Part shown: one piece after another, positions 12,069 through 25,960 of the stretch
Numbering within the stretch: position 1 is the first letter of the stretch
Layout of the letters: every line of letters begins with the position of its first letter
Program-made: the position numbers and the translations under genes
Origin: Eledone cirrhosa
Lineage: Eukaryota
DNA length: 64,000 nucleotides
Direction: 5' to 3'
NCBI GenBank assembly: GCA_964016885.1
Contig: OZ024743.1
Coordinates: 229,400,001 to 229,464,000, forward strand
Notes under the pieces: model-generated
What the model saw: only the letters and a program-made list of their open reading frames with translations
Database searches by the model: none
What the model was told of the DNA's origin: nothing

Positions 12069-13820
12069 TAAAGGTGGATTAAAAATCCCCTAACAGTAAG
12101 GTCTGGTGTTCTCACAGCGAGGTAATATATATATATTATATATATCGTATATGCTGATATGAACGCCTCTGTAATTATTAATATATATAGTATGTAATTA
12201 TATATACAGCAGATAGAAAAATTTGTTTGTTTTCTTTGTAATGATGTCACTCAGTGTGCTGGATCAGGGAGTCGATGATAATAATTCTACATCCCAGTGG
12301 AAGACTAGTGAGGATCTGTCTTCAGGTGGGAAAATGATAACTCGATTTCCTGAGCCATCTTCTCAAGATGACTGATTCTTGCTCAATAAACAGTTGGGGT
12401 GGGGGTTGAGAGTTCAGACACATCACGACCAAAATCCTTTTCAATTAGTATATAAGAAGTACTTGCTTGTCATACCGATAGTATTTCCTGTTCCCATGTG
12501 GCAACAAGAGTGGCGTCAAGAGTCACCTTTATTGATGGTGATTTCTCGGAGCGGTGCTGGCTTGAATATTTCATCCTCATCATCACTAATAGCTGAGCTG
12601 GATGACGGACGTTCGAGATCTACTTTCGTGGATAAGTTCTTGACCTCTTAATCATGCTATTTTTCTTACTTTCATATCATGAATCTTCTTTTCCTTCTTC
12701 TGAATGGCTGTCACATGGTTTGTATCAATATCAGCCATGAAAGAAGACATCCGATCTTCCTGTTGTGTCCCAAGGAAAGTTTTGTCTTCAGATGGGACAT
12801 ACTTTCGTTCCAGAAAGTTATGGCCTGCAAAGTCAAACATTTCCCCTAGATCACCTTTTCAAATTTCACGCGTTGCAATTTCTTAGTCATGATTTTTCTG
12901 TTTTCAGTCCTAGATACTCCTTATAGAATTTATCGATTGAAAGTGCAGATTTCTTTTCGTATTGATAGAGATATTTGCTTCTCTGCACAATTCCTGGATC
13001 TTCTGGCTATTCTTTTTACAGCAACTGAAATTGTCTCCCCGAGGTCGACGTGATGGTAGGTAAAACACGAGAGTACTTATTGTTTGGAGGGGAGTCGAGT
13101 CTGAGGTAACTCCCACTCAGACTTTTTCAAACAGCCAAATGGTCTTTCTGGTTTCCATTTTCTTATTCACTGTGAAAGATAAATAGCAAAATCAATCAAT
13201 CAGTTTAATTTTAACAAGTCTTTGTGTTCTTACATTTTTGGAAGCGATGCAGGTTATAAGAAGCAACATAAAAGAACATTATTTCGTAACTTGATAACAA
13301 CGAGTTGATCACGACGAAACCAGCGTTTTCACTACTCTCTAACAAAATTAGCGCTAAAACAACAATGCAATAAACCTTGAATTAGAATCTTATTGTTAAC
13401 AAATTATCTTGTTGAATTATCAAAACAAATATCGAAAAGCTCACCTCATCAACGTGATATCAAATACTTTTTGTACGAACTATAAAAAGAAATCACCGAT
13501 GTAAAATTATTTCTAGATGCTTAGTTTAAATTTATGGTTCATTTCTTTTTCGTTTAAGATTGAAATGTCTCCTGCAAGTACAAAAAAGGAAACGGGTAAA
13601 AAAATGGAACCTGGCTACAATCAACAAGTTTTGAAGTAAGATTTTTTCATTTTTATTTTGCATCGCATTTAAAAAGCACCAAACTGTGTAACCTTTAAAT
13701 ATATTTGTATCTCTATATATTTTCGTTTGTGCAGTTTCTATGTAAAACAAATTCTGGGTGCAATCGACATGAGGTGATTTTTACAATATAAAATGTTCCC
13801 TGTGAATATGAAACACCCTA
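12069..13820 (-). mobile_element. Degenerate, internally deleted hAT (hATm-like) DNA transposon
   Basis: Right end CACCCTA (TAGGGTG on minus). Minus strand 12500-13160 gives frameshifted LPQTRLPSKQ*VLSCFTYHH...DKFYKEYLGLK...LGEMFDFA...EDKTFLGTQQ, which resembles hATm transposase N-termini. Acceptor-like ctttcacag just upstream. Left end weak. Confidence 0.55.
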
Positions 13821-13924
13821 ATATATAAACATACATACTTATACACACACACACACACATACATTCATACATATATATATATTATATATATATATATATA
13901 GAGAGAGAGAGATAGATAGATATG

Positions 13925-15466
13925 TTTCTTTATTAGCCACAGGCGCACAAAAGAAGGGGACACATATAAAGGGGGAAGTTTACATACAATAAAAGCGTGT
14001 AAAATGCTATCACAAATGTAATTTAAAAATTAATCGATTTTCCCCAATAGGGGGAGACAGTTCATATGGGTAACACATACCTCCGAAAAAATGTGCAACC
14101 CTCATCTCCAGGAGTACGAAGAATTTGTACCCCTTTCCTCTCTTCCTCTTTTTCCTCAACCTACAGGCTGATATAGAGAGAAGGTCCATTAACTCGGGCC
14201 ATTCCCGCCACTTTTACCCACCTTTCATAAAACTTGCTGGGGTACAGCACCTCTCTCTCCATCCTGATTCTTCTTCCAAAGTGATATTTGAATCAGTTGT
14301 TAGCTGGAGAGAAAGGTGTCTGACCTCAGCCCTTTTAACCTCGTTCACCATACAACCTCTTTCGCCATAGCTATCACACAAAGGAAAACCGCATCTCCTT
14401 CGTTTTTGAAGGAAGGTGGCGGTTTGATCATGACAATGGACTCGGTGGTCAACCGGATTGGTCCCACCCGCGACAATAGTCGTTCTACGTAGCCCCACAC
14501 GTCGGTAACGCCAGGGCAGTGTATGAATGCGTGCGCGATGGTTTCTTCGTCTCGCACGCATCTCGGACAGATCTTTTTCGAAGGGTCCCTGCCCGGGCGC
14601 TTATGTCTGTAGAGCTCGTCTCGAACTGGCAGAGCTCCTCGGTAGCACTGCCAGGCTAGGGACTTTTGGAAGTTGTCCATCGGTCCCGGGCGGAAGGTCC
14701 TACCGAACAGACTGGCCAGTTCGTCTTCCTCTACGCCTAGAGCTTCTCCGAGCGCGTCGTCGCGCTTGCTGCGGATCAACCCTCTATAGAATGACGAAGT
14801 GGAGTCTCCACTGATCGCCGGGTCCGCCTGCCAGAGGGCTGTGAGCGCCTGAGCACATTCGATGTGCCAGTCGCCTATTTTTCTCGGTCTTTGCTTGACC
14901 CAGGACTGCAGCTCGGTCAGCGAGACGAGTCGTTGGAAGGCTCGCCTCACGAACGGTTGTCCGGTGAGGAATACCTAGAGATGCCGCAGCCTGTGTGCGT
15001 GTTTGCGTAACGTCAGCCACGGCAACCCCAGCCCTCCGTTGGAAGGGTGTTGGCAGCAGATGGATCTTCTCACCAAAGGAGCCCGCTTCTTCCAAAGGAA
15101 TTGGAAGAGCGCACTCCATTTTGGTGAGTGTTTTGGCTGGACAAGGCACGAGGGTCAAGCGGTAGTAGATGACGGACGCTATAAAAGTGTTCGCCCCCTC
15201 CGCTCGATCTTTCAAGAATAGTTTGCACTCGGCCCACTTCTGGGTGAGTGCAAACACCTTTGCCGTCACCTCGTTCCAGTTTTTCTCCACCTGGAGGTCC
15301 GAGGTCCGGACCAAACCAGACCCCGAGCATCTTTACCGGTCCTTCCGTCCAGCGTCCGACGATGCCATCGGAAGGCATCGGTTTGCCTCTCCACGATCCG
15401 AGATGCAAACCGACGGACTTGTCCCGGTTCAGCTTCGCTCCTGTGAACCTTTCGTATTCCTTCAGT
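13925..15466 (-). mobile_element. 5'-truncated L1/Tx1-clade LINE (ORF2 C-terminus and 3' UTR), frameshifted
   Basis: YERFTGAKLNRDKS..., VKMLGVWFG, WQCYRGALPVR...CPRC...ETIAHAFIHCP (zf-RVT CCHC); AATAAA at the 3' end; (AGAT)n on both flanks. Confidence 0.9.
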
Positions 15467-15470
15467 ATAA

Positions 15471-15517
<47 letters not shown>

Positions 15518-15668
15518 TAATGTTCAAAGGGTACTTTTGAAAATGAAGGTGGAAAGGGGCACACAATAGATGCTATAGAGTATGTTTAATTATTTAAACA
15601 GTTTTCTTTCTCACCACCTAAGCTTCACGTCAATAAACATATGCACACATATATTAAATGTGTATTAC

Positions 15669-15719
<51 letters not shown>

Positions 15720-16473
15720 TCGTTTCGGGGGTTGAAAATTTACCTTCAGCCTTTAAACAATTTTTAGATCCCCATATGCATTTTCACTCCCACCCACCAA
15801 ATCTTTCCTTGTTTTCGTACTTGCGTGAAAGAGAACCAACATTTGTCTCTGTGTGTGAGTGTGTGTGTGTATATATATATATGCGTGTGTGTGTGTGTAG
15901 TAAATGTTTTGTAGAATGAGGAAGCGAAAGGAACAGTAAGAAAAGCTACGTTTCGGTGACGCGTTTCACTGAATACATCATCCACACATGCACACACAAG
16001 TCGCCGTTCAACATTAACAACAATATCACAGAGAATACACATGATCACACACAGGAAATGGGGTGAAGAGGGAGAGGAGACAGGAGAAACAGGAGAATGG
16101 TGAGAGGAATCTAAAGTGATGGATTGTCTTCTCTTGTGAAAAAATACAACAAAACAACAACTAACACAGACAGGAATACTGATAGTCAGACAGACAGACA
16201 GACAAAGAGACAGATGCCAAATTTATATTGTATGTTGATTAAAAAACAAACTAACAGACATAAGGCATAAAAACTAGAGTCCATGACGACTAATTAATTA
16301 AGTTAAACCAATTCTTAACAATTGTACTTACTTACATCTACCCACGTGATCTGAGAATGGCGGAATCGCTCCAGAACATTTTGTGTGGGTAAGGCGTTCG
16401 CTTCATAAGCACGCGGTTTCGGGTTCAGCTCTAAGGTGTGGCATATTCGGCATGTGTCATTTACTATCCTGGA

Positions 16474-16761
16474 CAGGGTTGGATTTAGACCTTGGGGTCC
16501 CCTGGGTACTTCAGTTTTTTTGGGTGGGAGGGGGGGTCACATACACTAAAAGATTAGAATACACATCAATGTTAGCTTGGCGCAATTAATTGGAATTGAA
16601 AAGTTATACATTCAGGTATTAAATTCAAAAATTCTAACCATCCTAAACCTATAAAGCCCAGCTGACGGCACAAATAAATTACTACGGCCGTCACGGTTGG
16701 GGCCCCCACCGCCTGGAGCACTGGACAATTTTCCCCTTTGCCCCCTATTAAATCGGCCCTG
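16474..16761 (-). mobile_element. hAT-type MITE inserted in a CORE-like SINE
   Basis: TIRs cagggttggattta / taaatcggccctg; 8-bp TSD-like flanks atcctgga / atcctgag; second copy at 41680-41978 in the opposite orientation. Confidence 0.8.
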
Positions 16762-18408
16762 ATCCTGAGGTTGACCAATGCCTTATTTCGGAAATTTGTT
16801 GGGATTTGCAGGACATGTTTCTGTTATTTGTAGAAGGGTGGGTGACTATGTAGTGGTTCTATCGTCGGCTCAATTAGTGATATAGTACTTATAAATTTTG
16901 AATGTATGTGTACTATTACAAATGACTATAATGATAAGTGAGAAAATCGGGTAAAGTACCCTAGGAGACGATTTTTTCAACTATTATTTGAAAAGATTGA
17001 CTATTACTACAGTCAATTGCAATGCGACGCACAGATTTCAAAATGAAAATTTTCCCAGTGTTTTCTAAGTCAACTGCTTTGTTTATACTTATTATAAGCT
17101 GTAATGATTTTTCTGAGTTATCTACTGTGTCGATATCAATCCAGTGAAAACCGACACTGATTCTAAGAAAGACCCCCACCATCCATTTTAAAGGGTATAT
17201 GTTTACATTAAAATCTTACAAATTAATTTCATATAAGAACCATTTGTTATGTTATGTAACAATCAATTTCGCAGTAATAATTTTAGCAAACCCTTTCAAA
17301 TTATTAATTAATTAATTGAAATACACTAGATTTCCATAGAAATATGGTCACGAAAGTTTTCCGTGATATTACCTCCCTTGTTTGTCACTTACTTTCCTGT
17401 CTGAATAACGTTATCATTCATTTAACACACAGATCTAAAAGTCACAGCGACCTGAGGGGGAGGTTCGAACTGTCAAACAGTCTAATGTCATTCTCTTTAT
17501 AGCTTATATGACGTAAATGAAAATTAGAAATGTTTGTTAATCTATTATTAAAAAGAAACCAAGAAACAGTAATATGTTAGGATAATTGCTTATGTGAATG
17601 TAGTTATCTAATTCATCTACATATATTCGTGTACATAGATATTCGTATCGGTTCATCTTCAGTGACAGAGGAAGAGGCGGAAAGACAGAGCTATTAAAGG
17701 AGAGGAAAAATGGGGAGAAAAAGAGAGAGAGATAGATAGAGAAAGAGAAGAGAGATGGAGAAAGAGAGAGATTCCCACACACAAGTTAGAACAAATAGTA
17801 ACATTCGATTTTCGAGCCGACACATATTGGACAAGATGTGTTACAGTTCTATCTCTATCTGATGTTTAGTCATACCACCGCCATTAATATATATCTTATT
17901 GCTTCAGATTATAAGAACATTTTTCAGAAATGGAAAAACATTACATGTTCTACTAGTTTAATAGAAAAGTCAACACAAATACAGCAGCAAGATGGACCCA
18001 GAGTATTTATGTTGTTGATGCAGTAGATACAAGAACATGTTGGTTTATTATTATATATATTTTTTAATAACAGAAATGGTTATTTCAACCAGAAGAATGA
18101 GCCAAGAATTTAAGGAACTGGAAGCCCCTAGGGGACACATATGTTATCTCAATGTTAGCCACACGTCTGTTCTATATGAATTGAAAAAGCTTAGAAACTC
18201 AGGCTGATATTATTCATAGGTTGAAGCCGAGAGAACCATCAAGACAAAAGACTGAAGGGTTAGAGTGGGCCAAAAATACCTGAAAGTCTAGGGACTCGGC
18301 TAAGGGTTAATATGTGCCGGCAACGATATGTCTATCATCACGAAACAGTGCAAACATGACAATTTAAGTACATTTCCAGTCCGACCTCCTGTTGCTTTTA
18401 ATTTATGT

Positions 18409-18441
<33 letters not shown>

Positions 18442-18552
18442 CATGATATATATATGTACATACATATGCATATATATAAATATATATATTTTTTTATACA
18501 TACAAGCTTGTACGAACTTATGTATATATATATGTGTGTTTATATATATATA

Positions 18553-18595
<43 letters not shown>

Positions 18596-19052
18596 TCATA
18601 AGTTCGTACAAGCTTGTATATAAAAATGAATCTGCGTGAGTGTGTTTTAGAATTTGTGTATGTGTGCATGTGTGTCAATGTAAACACATACATATATATA
18701 CACATACATATATATACATACACATGTGCAGTCAGCCGTATACTTATCCACCCACTAAATGTATTTCAGTAAGCTATAATATTAAGTGATGTTTCTTCAC
18801 ATACCAATCTCATGAACCTCTCTACATTGTTTAGTAACCAACTACCAACTACCAACTACTCTTTCAATCCACTCCACCACCGCCAACACCACCATCGCTA
18901 ACAACACCACAAACTCTATCAGCACTAGCAACTGCCACCACCCACCTCCCACCAATATCAAAACCAGCAATTGCCACCACGACCACCAACATCATTATCC
19001 CCATCACCACCAGCAACTATCACTACCATCATCGACCCCATCATCACCGCAA

Positions 19053-19270
<218 letters not shown>

Positions 19271-19492
19271 GCTGCTGCTGCTGTCGAGCCAAAGTAAGTG
19301 CTGTTCGGGGTGTCTTACCTTACAGAACACTGCGGATGTGACCTTTAAACCTCTTACGACTTAATAATTATACTAAATCATTGGGTTCAGATGTGAGAGG
19401 TTATAAGCAGGAGCAGGAAGTATGGAACGCTAACCTCGACTTGTTAGACATCCTACGACGACGTAATATATCTGGTTACATTATATTATTGT

Positions 19493-19745
19493 GAAGGCGT
19501 TTGGCTTTGTGGGTAAGGTGTTTGGTTATCGATCTTAAGGTCGAGAGTCCCAGCACCCGGCTGTGCGTTGTGTCCTTGAGCAAGGCACCTTATTTCTTGT
19601 TACACAGCCCGCATATATGAGGAAGGTAGATTGATAGAGGGGGTGATGAGTGTGACTCTCCATGCAATCTCTCGACTTGCTAGAAATATTTGCTAAATCT
19701 CTTTCAAATCTCACACTATCGTATCTATAATATAAATGATACACT
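19493..19745 (+). mobile_element. tRNA-derived SINE, family B (CORE-like)
   Basis: Degenerate A/B boxes followed by cgttgtgtccttgagcaaggcaccttatttc. Related decayed copies near 16365, 22320, 24830, 26860, 35665, 43280 and 63700. Confidence 0.7.
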
Positions 19746-20642
19746 AGAATCTGTTTGTTGGTTCTTTGCTTTGTTCCAACCATTGTACCTAAGGTCATGC
19801 TGGAGTACTACCTTCAAATGTGGATCTAGAACAGTGTTTCTTGGCCATTTTGTTGCACAATCCTACCAAAACAATAAAGCGAGCGCCCCATCATCATCGA
19901 ACAAAGTTAGTATATAGCATGATATATATGTCTTATTCTGGATTACAACAAAATATTGTCATGCGCCACCTTTAAAAACTTTGAACTTGATATTGTTAAA
20001 AAATGGTATGGCTACAGATAAACAATTTGTATTTTTATATTCGCAATTAAACACTGCATATCATAACGTCCAGCATGAACTTCAAAAAGATGGGGTTATA
20101 ACATCCAGGCTATTGATTTTGAGATCGAACCTGGTCGTTGGGCCGGCAACATACAAGCCTCATGTCTGATCGATCATTGATAATCTATGTCTAAACAACA
20201 GTAATAACAGCAGCAACAGCTATAGCAACAACAACAACAACAACAATACCACCACCACCGCCACCATCATCACAAATGACAATGGCTACTACTACAGGTT
20301 TGAATTCACAAAAAATGAAGGGAAATCAATTCCAACTTGTGGATAAAAATGGAAACCCTAAAACCTAGAAAACGTTCCGGCTAAAAAGAAAAAAAAAACG
20401 CATTAAAAATTAAATAGAAAGAAAACGAAAAACAGTACTACACACATCCACAAAGATACACACACACACACAATATACACATGTGTGCGTTTTTTCTTAC
20501 TACAAAAGTGAAAGAGAATCGTTTCCAAATGAGTACTCAATACAAAATTATTTTGAATATATATTTATTTACCATGATTTATCCATAGACAAATTTCTCC
20601 TTCTCTCTCTCAATATATAAATGTGTGTATTTGTGTCCGTGT

Positions 20643-20718
<76 letters not shown>

Positions 20719-20869
20719 CAGTTACACGGATATACACGGATATACATATCGCATTATACACCTCATACATCATACATATAAAAGGTGCAGAAAAGTGTTC
20801 ATAAAAAGGAGTCAATTTGTCTATTGTGTGATGTAGTACTGACAAAGTCCTTTGTGTAGCCTTACCCTT

Positions 20870-21320
20870 TCCTAATAGCGCTTCTCGAGCTTCTCGGGGC
20901 TGCGTACCTAGTGAACAGTTAGTTGCGCGTTGGTGCAAGCAATTCATCAAAACTTCAGAATTCGAGTTGATTCCGTGGTCCTCTAGTTTGATCATTTCCG
21001 TAAACTCCAGAAGGCACAGCCGGCACTGCCTACCTCCAAGAGTGTATGGGGGCGCCCGTTTAAAGATATCCCATTCCACTTTGAAGTTAATCTTTTTCCC
21101 CTTCAGTTGCCACACCAGCTCCGCTAGATTAATTTGCAATATTTTATGCCTATGTTTCAAGGAACTGGTGAGATTTTAGGAACGGAATTTAAAATCCTTT
21201 CCTGTTGCTCCAATATAGATATATTTTTTGTTGTCCGCAGCATGCAAGGCGCAACTATATACAATTCCGGAGGTCCTGCAGTTGTTGTTTAGCAGAGACT
21301 TTGTAGGAGTTCTACATTCA
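20870..21320 (-). pseudogene. PLE GIY-YIG endonuclease fragment
   Basis: CRTSGIVYSC...YIYIGATGKDFKFRS*...LAELVWQLK..KINFKVEWDIFKRAPPY..GGRQCRLCLLE...NSNSEVLMNCLH. Confidence 0.85.
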
Positions 21321-21619
21321 TGTAAATGTATGTGATTGACTCACAAGTCTAATCAAAGAAAGTCTCTTCACACCCAGAAATGCAGTGAACAGCTGCTGAC
21401 CCTGTAAACAGTAAAAACATACTTTACAGAAGAGATCTATTCACATTTATAATATAGGAACAAATGGAGCAGCTGCAACAAACCTAGCCACACACAATTT
21501 ATAAGGAAGTATATGATAAATATAGACATTGATTAGCAAACCTTTACAGCCATTAGTACGTGAACTCGTTAGCTGCAAACAGTTTCTCCTCTTTCAGATT
21601 CCACCCACATTCCTACTGA

Positions 21620-21930
21620 TTATCTTTAAAAATTGAGTTTGATTCCCAACGGTGGTCTTAAAAGATACTTTATTTCACGCTGCTCCAGTCCACACATCAG
21701 GAAGAAAAATAGTTGTACTTAGAATCGAAGAGAATTACCATTCTTTCAGGCAGTGTGTCGCACTGAATCTCCCTGAAAATTATGTTATAATTATGTGGTG
21801 TCTGAGAAGTATATTAACGTACATGTCAATGTCATGCTCAGCCATTTGCTCGTTAATTTCACGAGCAGATTGTTCCGTTGGTGAAACAACTGGAAAACCC
21901 GTTGTCGGAACTAACGGAGGTCCAACACAC
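21620..21930 (+). mobile_element. SINE family C (CORE-like head, distinct 3' tail)
   Basis: Tail ttaatttcacgagcag..tgttccgttg...aactggaa...cgttgtcggaac..acggaggtccaac is shared with 59100-59340 (+) and 63180-63385 (-). Confidence 0.6.
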
Positions 21931-22742
21931 TGTTTCTCACACGCTCTCTCCTCCCCATATTTCATCTTAAACACCTCAGCCAATGTTTTCTTTCAAAAAC
22001 TGCACCTTTATGAAAATCCCAACCGGCTTCTTTTCTTGGATGCATTGGCATACATAACGTTGAGGTTGAACATCAATCATCCTGGGAGAGTATTCAAAAA
22101 TCATAAGCACGTCCCCGCCACTTCTTGATATCTTATAGACACTTACACCACTCTCTACAACTATTTTCTTTTCTTTTTTTTTTCTTTTGGCAACAATGTA
22201 GTCTTAAATATATATGGGAGGAACTCCTTTCAATTACAGTTCTGACTCAATCAAGCATGACGTGGGATAAAAAAAATAATAACGTTACCACTTCCCCTCA
22301 AAAACGTGAAAACAATTTCCTGCTTAAGGACACAACGCATCGCTGACAATCAAACTCATGATCATAAATCGAACACCCTAACCACTAAGCCATACGTCTT
22401 CTCCGGCAAACTATGTATATATATACACTCATATATTGTCTTACCTTTACCAAAGATGCAATATATATTCTAATCTTCTCAGTGTTGTTATTGCGATTTA
22501 GGTAGAAGAAACTACAAAAAGAAAAAAGAAAAAAAGGAGAGAGACAAAAAAGAAATGTATGTAAAAAAATAACAAAAACCAAAAAATAAAAATAAAATAA
22601 AAATAAAAATAAAAACAAACAACTAAAACTAAGAATAAAACAAATTCCTCAATGATTGGAAACTCAACGTGGAATATTCTAGCAATCTAATTTGGTAAAC
22701 AATTACAACTTGATGCTTCGCCAGTGTGTGTATGTGTATGTG

Positions 22743-22794
<52 letters not shown>

Positions 22795-22835
22795 CATACA
22801 CACGCACATACACATATATATATATACATACATAC

Positions 22836-22943
<108 letters not shown>

Positions 22944-23299
22944 GTGCTTCTGCTATGTGTGTGTGTGTGTGTCTGTATAACTGACACACGCACTCACACG
23001 CGCATACAATGATCTGCATATATGTGCACATACATAGGAGAGAACTCTATATTCATGTATGCATACATACATGCATGTAGTAAAATTTCATTTTCGGAAG
23101 AAGAGTTAGATGAATTTCTGTATAAGAAAGTGTTTTAAAGTAAGACAAAGATCCTATCGCTTTTAACATTTGAGGAACATAATCAAGGAAAGAGGAGGGA
23201 AATTGAATAAAACGAGAGAAAAGTGGGTGAAAAATGAAGAAAAATCCAAGTTAAACAGATGAAAACGTAATTAAATAAATGATTATTCTTTCAAAACAT

Positions 23300-24080
23300 T
23301 CAAGGAAACCTTTAAATTATCAATATGCGTATGTGTATGTATATGTGTATGTATGTATGTGTGTATATGTGTATGCGTTTGTGTGTGACTGTATGTGTTT
23401 GTGTGTGTATTGTGTAGTATTGTGTTTACAGTGCGCGTGTGTATGTGTATGTGTGTGTGTTTATGGAAACATTATCTGTGTATGTAAAATGAACCTTTAA
23501 ATTATCAATATACCTATGGGTATGTATATGTGTATGTATGTGTATGTGTGTGAATGTGCTTGTGGATGAGTGTGTGTATGTATGCGTGTGTGTATTGTGT
23601 TGTATTGTTTTTGCAGTGTGCGTATGTGTGTGTGTTGTATTGTGTTTGCAATGTGCGCGTGTGTGTGTGTGTTTATGTGTTTATCAATATGCGTATGTGT
23701 TACGTTGTGGTGTGTATGGGTTGTGTATATGCGTGTGTTGTTGTTTGCATGTTTATGGCTGCGTATACAAATGAAACCTTTAAATAATCAATATACGTTT
23801 GTATGTGTGTGTATGTATATGTTTGTGTGTATTATGTTGTGTTGCGTTTTGGGGTGAGTGCATATGAGTTTCAGAGCATGCATGTACGTATGTATGTGTT
23901 GTGTGTATGTTATACTGTATGTGTTTTGTTCGTGTGTAAGTGTGTGTGTTATACGTATGTTTATGGAAACATTGTGTATACATCGGGAATCTTTAAATTA
24001 TCGATATGTTCGCCTGTGTAGGTATGTATGTATGCGTGTGTTTATATTCGTGTATTGTGTGTGCGCATATGTGTGTATGT
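23300..24080. repeat. Degenerate TG-rich minisatellite
   Basis: Anchor aacctttaaattatcaatat recurs four times and ttatggaaacatt twice within (TG/TATG)n. Confidence 0.7.
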
Positions 24081-25750
24081 GAAGTACGTATTGCAAAGAA
24101 TAACTCTTCAGTTATGATGTGCCAGAGATTAAGATGCTTGTTCTATGGCTAGAATTAACAGTCAAATGCCTCTCCAATCATTGTCTACCGTTAAAAATAA
24201 GCTTGCTCGGGGTTAAAAATGGAACTAAATACCAACAAGAGCAACAACCATCATCCCCGAAATAGAAACAATAAAATTTGAACCTTTTATATAATCACTG
24301 AAAACTACTCACTCAAACAACACACTACAATCTCAAATAAAAACAAGGACACACGTTTGCATAATCAGGGTTTAAATGGTACTAACCCACAACAACAACA
24401 ACAATGAACATCATGACGACGCCGGCAACGACGACACATAAGAAAAAAGAATAATTTATTTCATGACTTGAAACCCTAGAAATAGCAGCTTAATCTCCCT
24501 GTAATTACATACTACCGTCTAAAAAGGAGCTAGAGAGGAACGTTTGCTTGTTTTAAGTTGAAACAAGGAAAAGAGAAGCAGCTATCATGACATTAATCTA
24601 GGAATGAAATCTCTTGAATATAGCAGCAGAGCTTCTCTCAAAGCATAGCCTATCTTACTTAGAACCCGCTCGCTCCCCCAAACACACAACATACACACAA
24701 CGACAATAAGAATAAGCGCAACAACATTCATCACAACAATCACAATCTTTACGTTCCGAGTTAAAATCCCATCGAGGTCAACTTTGACTTTCACCATTCT
24801 GGGGTATGTATACATGCCCTCGTGCGCTGTTGAGCCGGTGCTTATCCTAGTTTCATGGCGTGAAGCGACTGAGAGTACATCTCAGGGTTAAACTCCTACC
24901 TATTGCTAGTATTCATTTTCAGTTGAGTATTCTGGAGCAACATGAAATGAAGTGTTCTGCTCAAGAACACAACACGCAGCCCAGCCCAGGAATCGAACCC
25001 TCAGCATTAGGATCGTAAGTCCAACAACCTTACCACTAGGTCATATTCTGGGTAGATAAAACAAATTACCAATTATGAGAATTGTACTGATGAGCTTTCC
25101 CTTTTGTTGCTTCGTCTACATGAGCTTAAACGGAGCACCAGATTGGCGGCTAGGTCCCATCCATTGACAGTTTAAATTCCTAAATGCAATCGCAAAATAT
25201 CTTTTGATAGTCTATTCCCTCGCACATCTTGCCAATGAATTCTCTTCCGGCGTCTTGCTTTCTTGACCATTACAAATTTCAATAGTTCAATAGCAACATC
25301 AACCGTTATCTCCTCTTTCTTTGAATTACATTTTCCGTCTTGTGCTTCTCTCTTCTCAGCAACCCCTTACATTTTAGTGGCTTTATTGCTTTACTTGACG
25401 TGATTTAAATATAACAAAGTCGATATAATTAACTTTCTCCTACTCTAAAAATTGCGGGGGTTGTGCTTAGATTAGAAACCATGATTTAAGTCGAGGAAAC
25501 GTGGTGGAGGGCTGGTTGACTCTTAGAGTGCCGGAAACATCCCGAGGTCAACATTGATCTTCATCTTTATAAAATCGCTAAAATACCAAATCAGCCATCA
25601 TAAATTTACGTAAGAACATTTGTTAAATTATGTTCTAAACATCAGGTTAATTATTAATGAGGAAGTTCGTTTTATTATTAAATCCCTCCAAATTCTTGAT
25701 TATTTTCAAAATTATTCGAAAATCATAGGTAGTGTCTTTCATTAGAAATA

Positions 25751-25960
25751 CAGGCCTACCAATCTCTAAAAGTTTAAAGGGGGGGGGGGGGGGGTACCAC
25801 GAAAAAAGTACCCCAAAACGGGGAGAAATGAGGCAAAATGGGGAGATTTTATATAATGAAAGCTATACCCATGTTTTCACAAAAGAAGTCATCTCTCACC
25901 CACCTCAAAGTGTGTGGGAGGTCCCTCCCCCCTGTCCAACGAGGTGAGTTGACAGGTCTG
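25751..25960. mobile_element. Short MITE with a 6-bp direct flank
   Basis: TIRs caggcctaccaatctc / gagttgacaggtctg; gaaata on both sides. Confidence 0.6.

Noticed and set aside
18130-18310. piggyBac-like right end (agggTTAA)
   Set aside because: No matching left TIR or transposase remnant was found.
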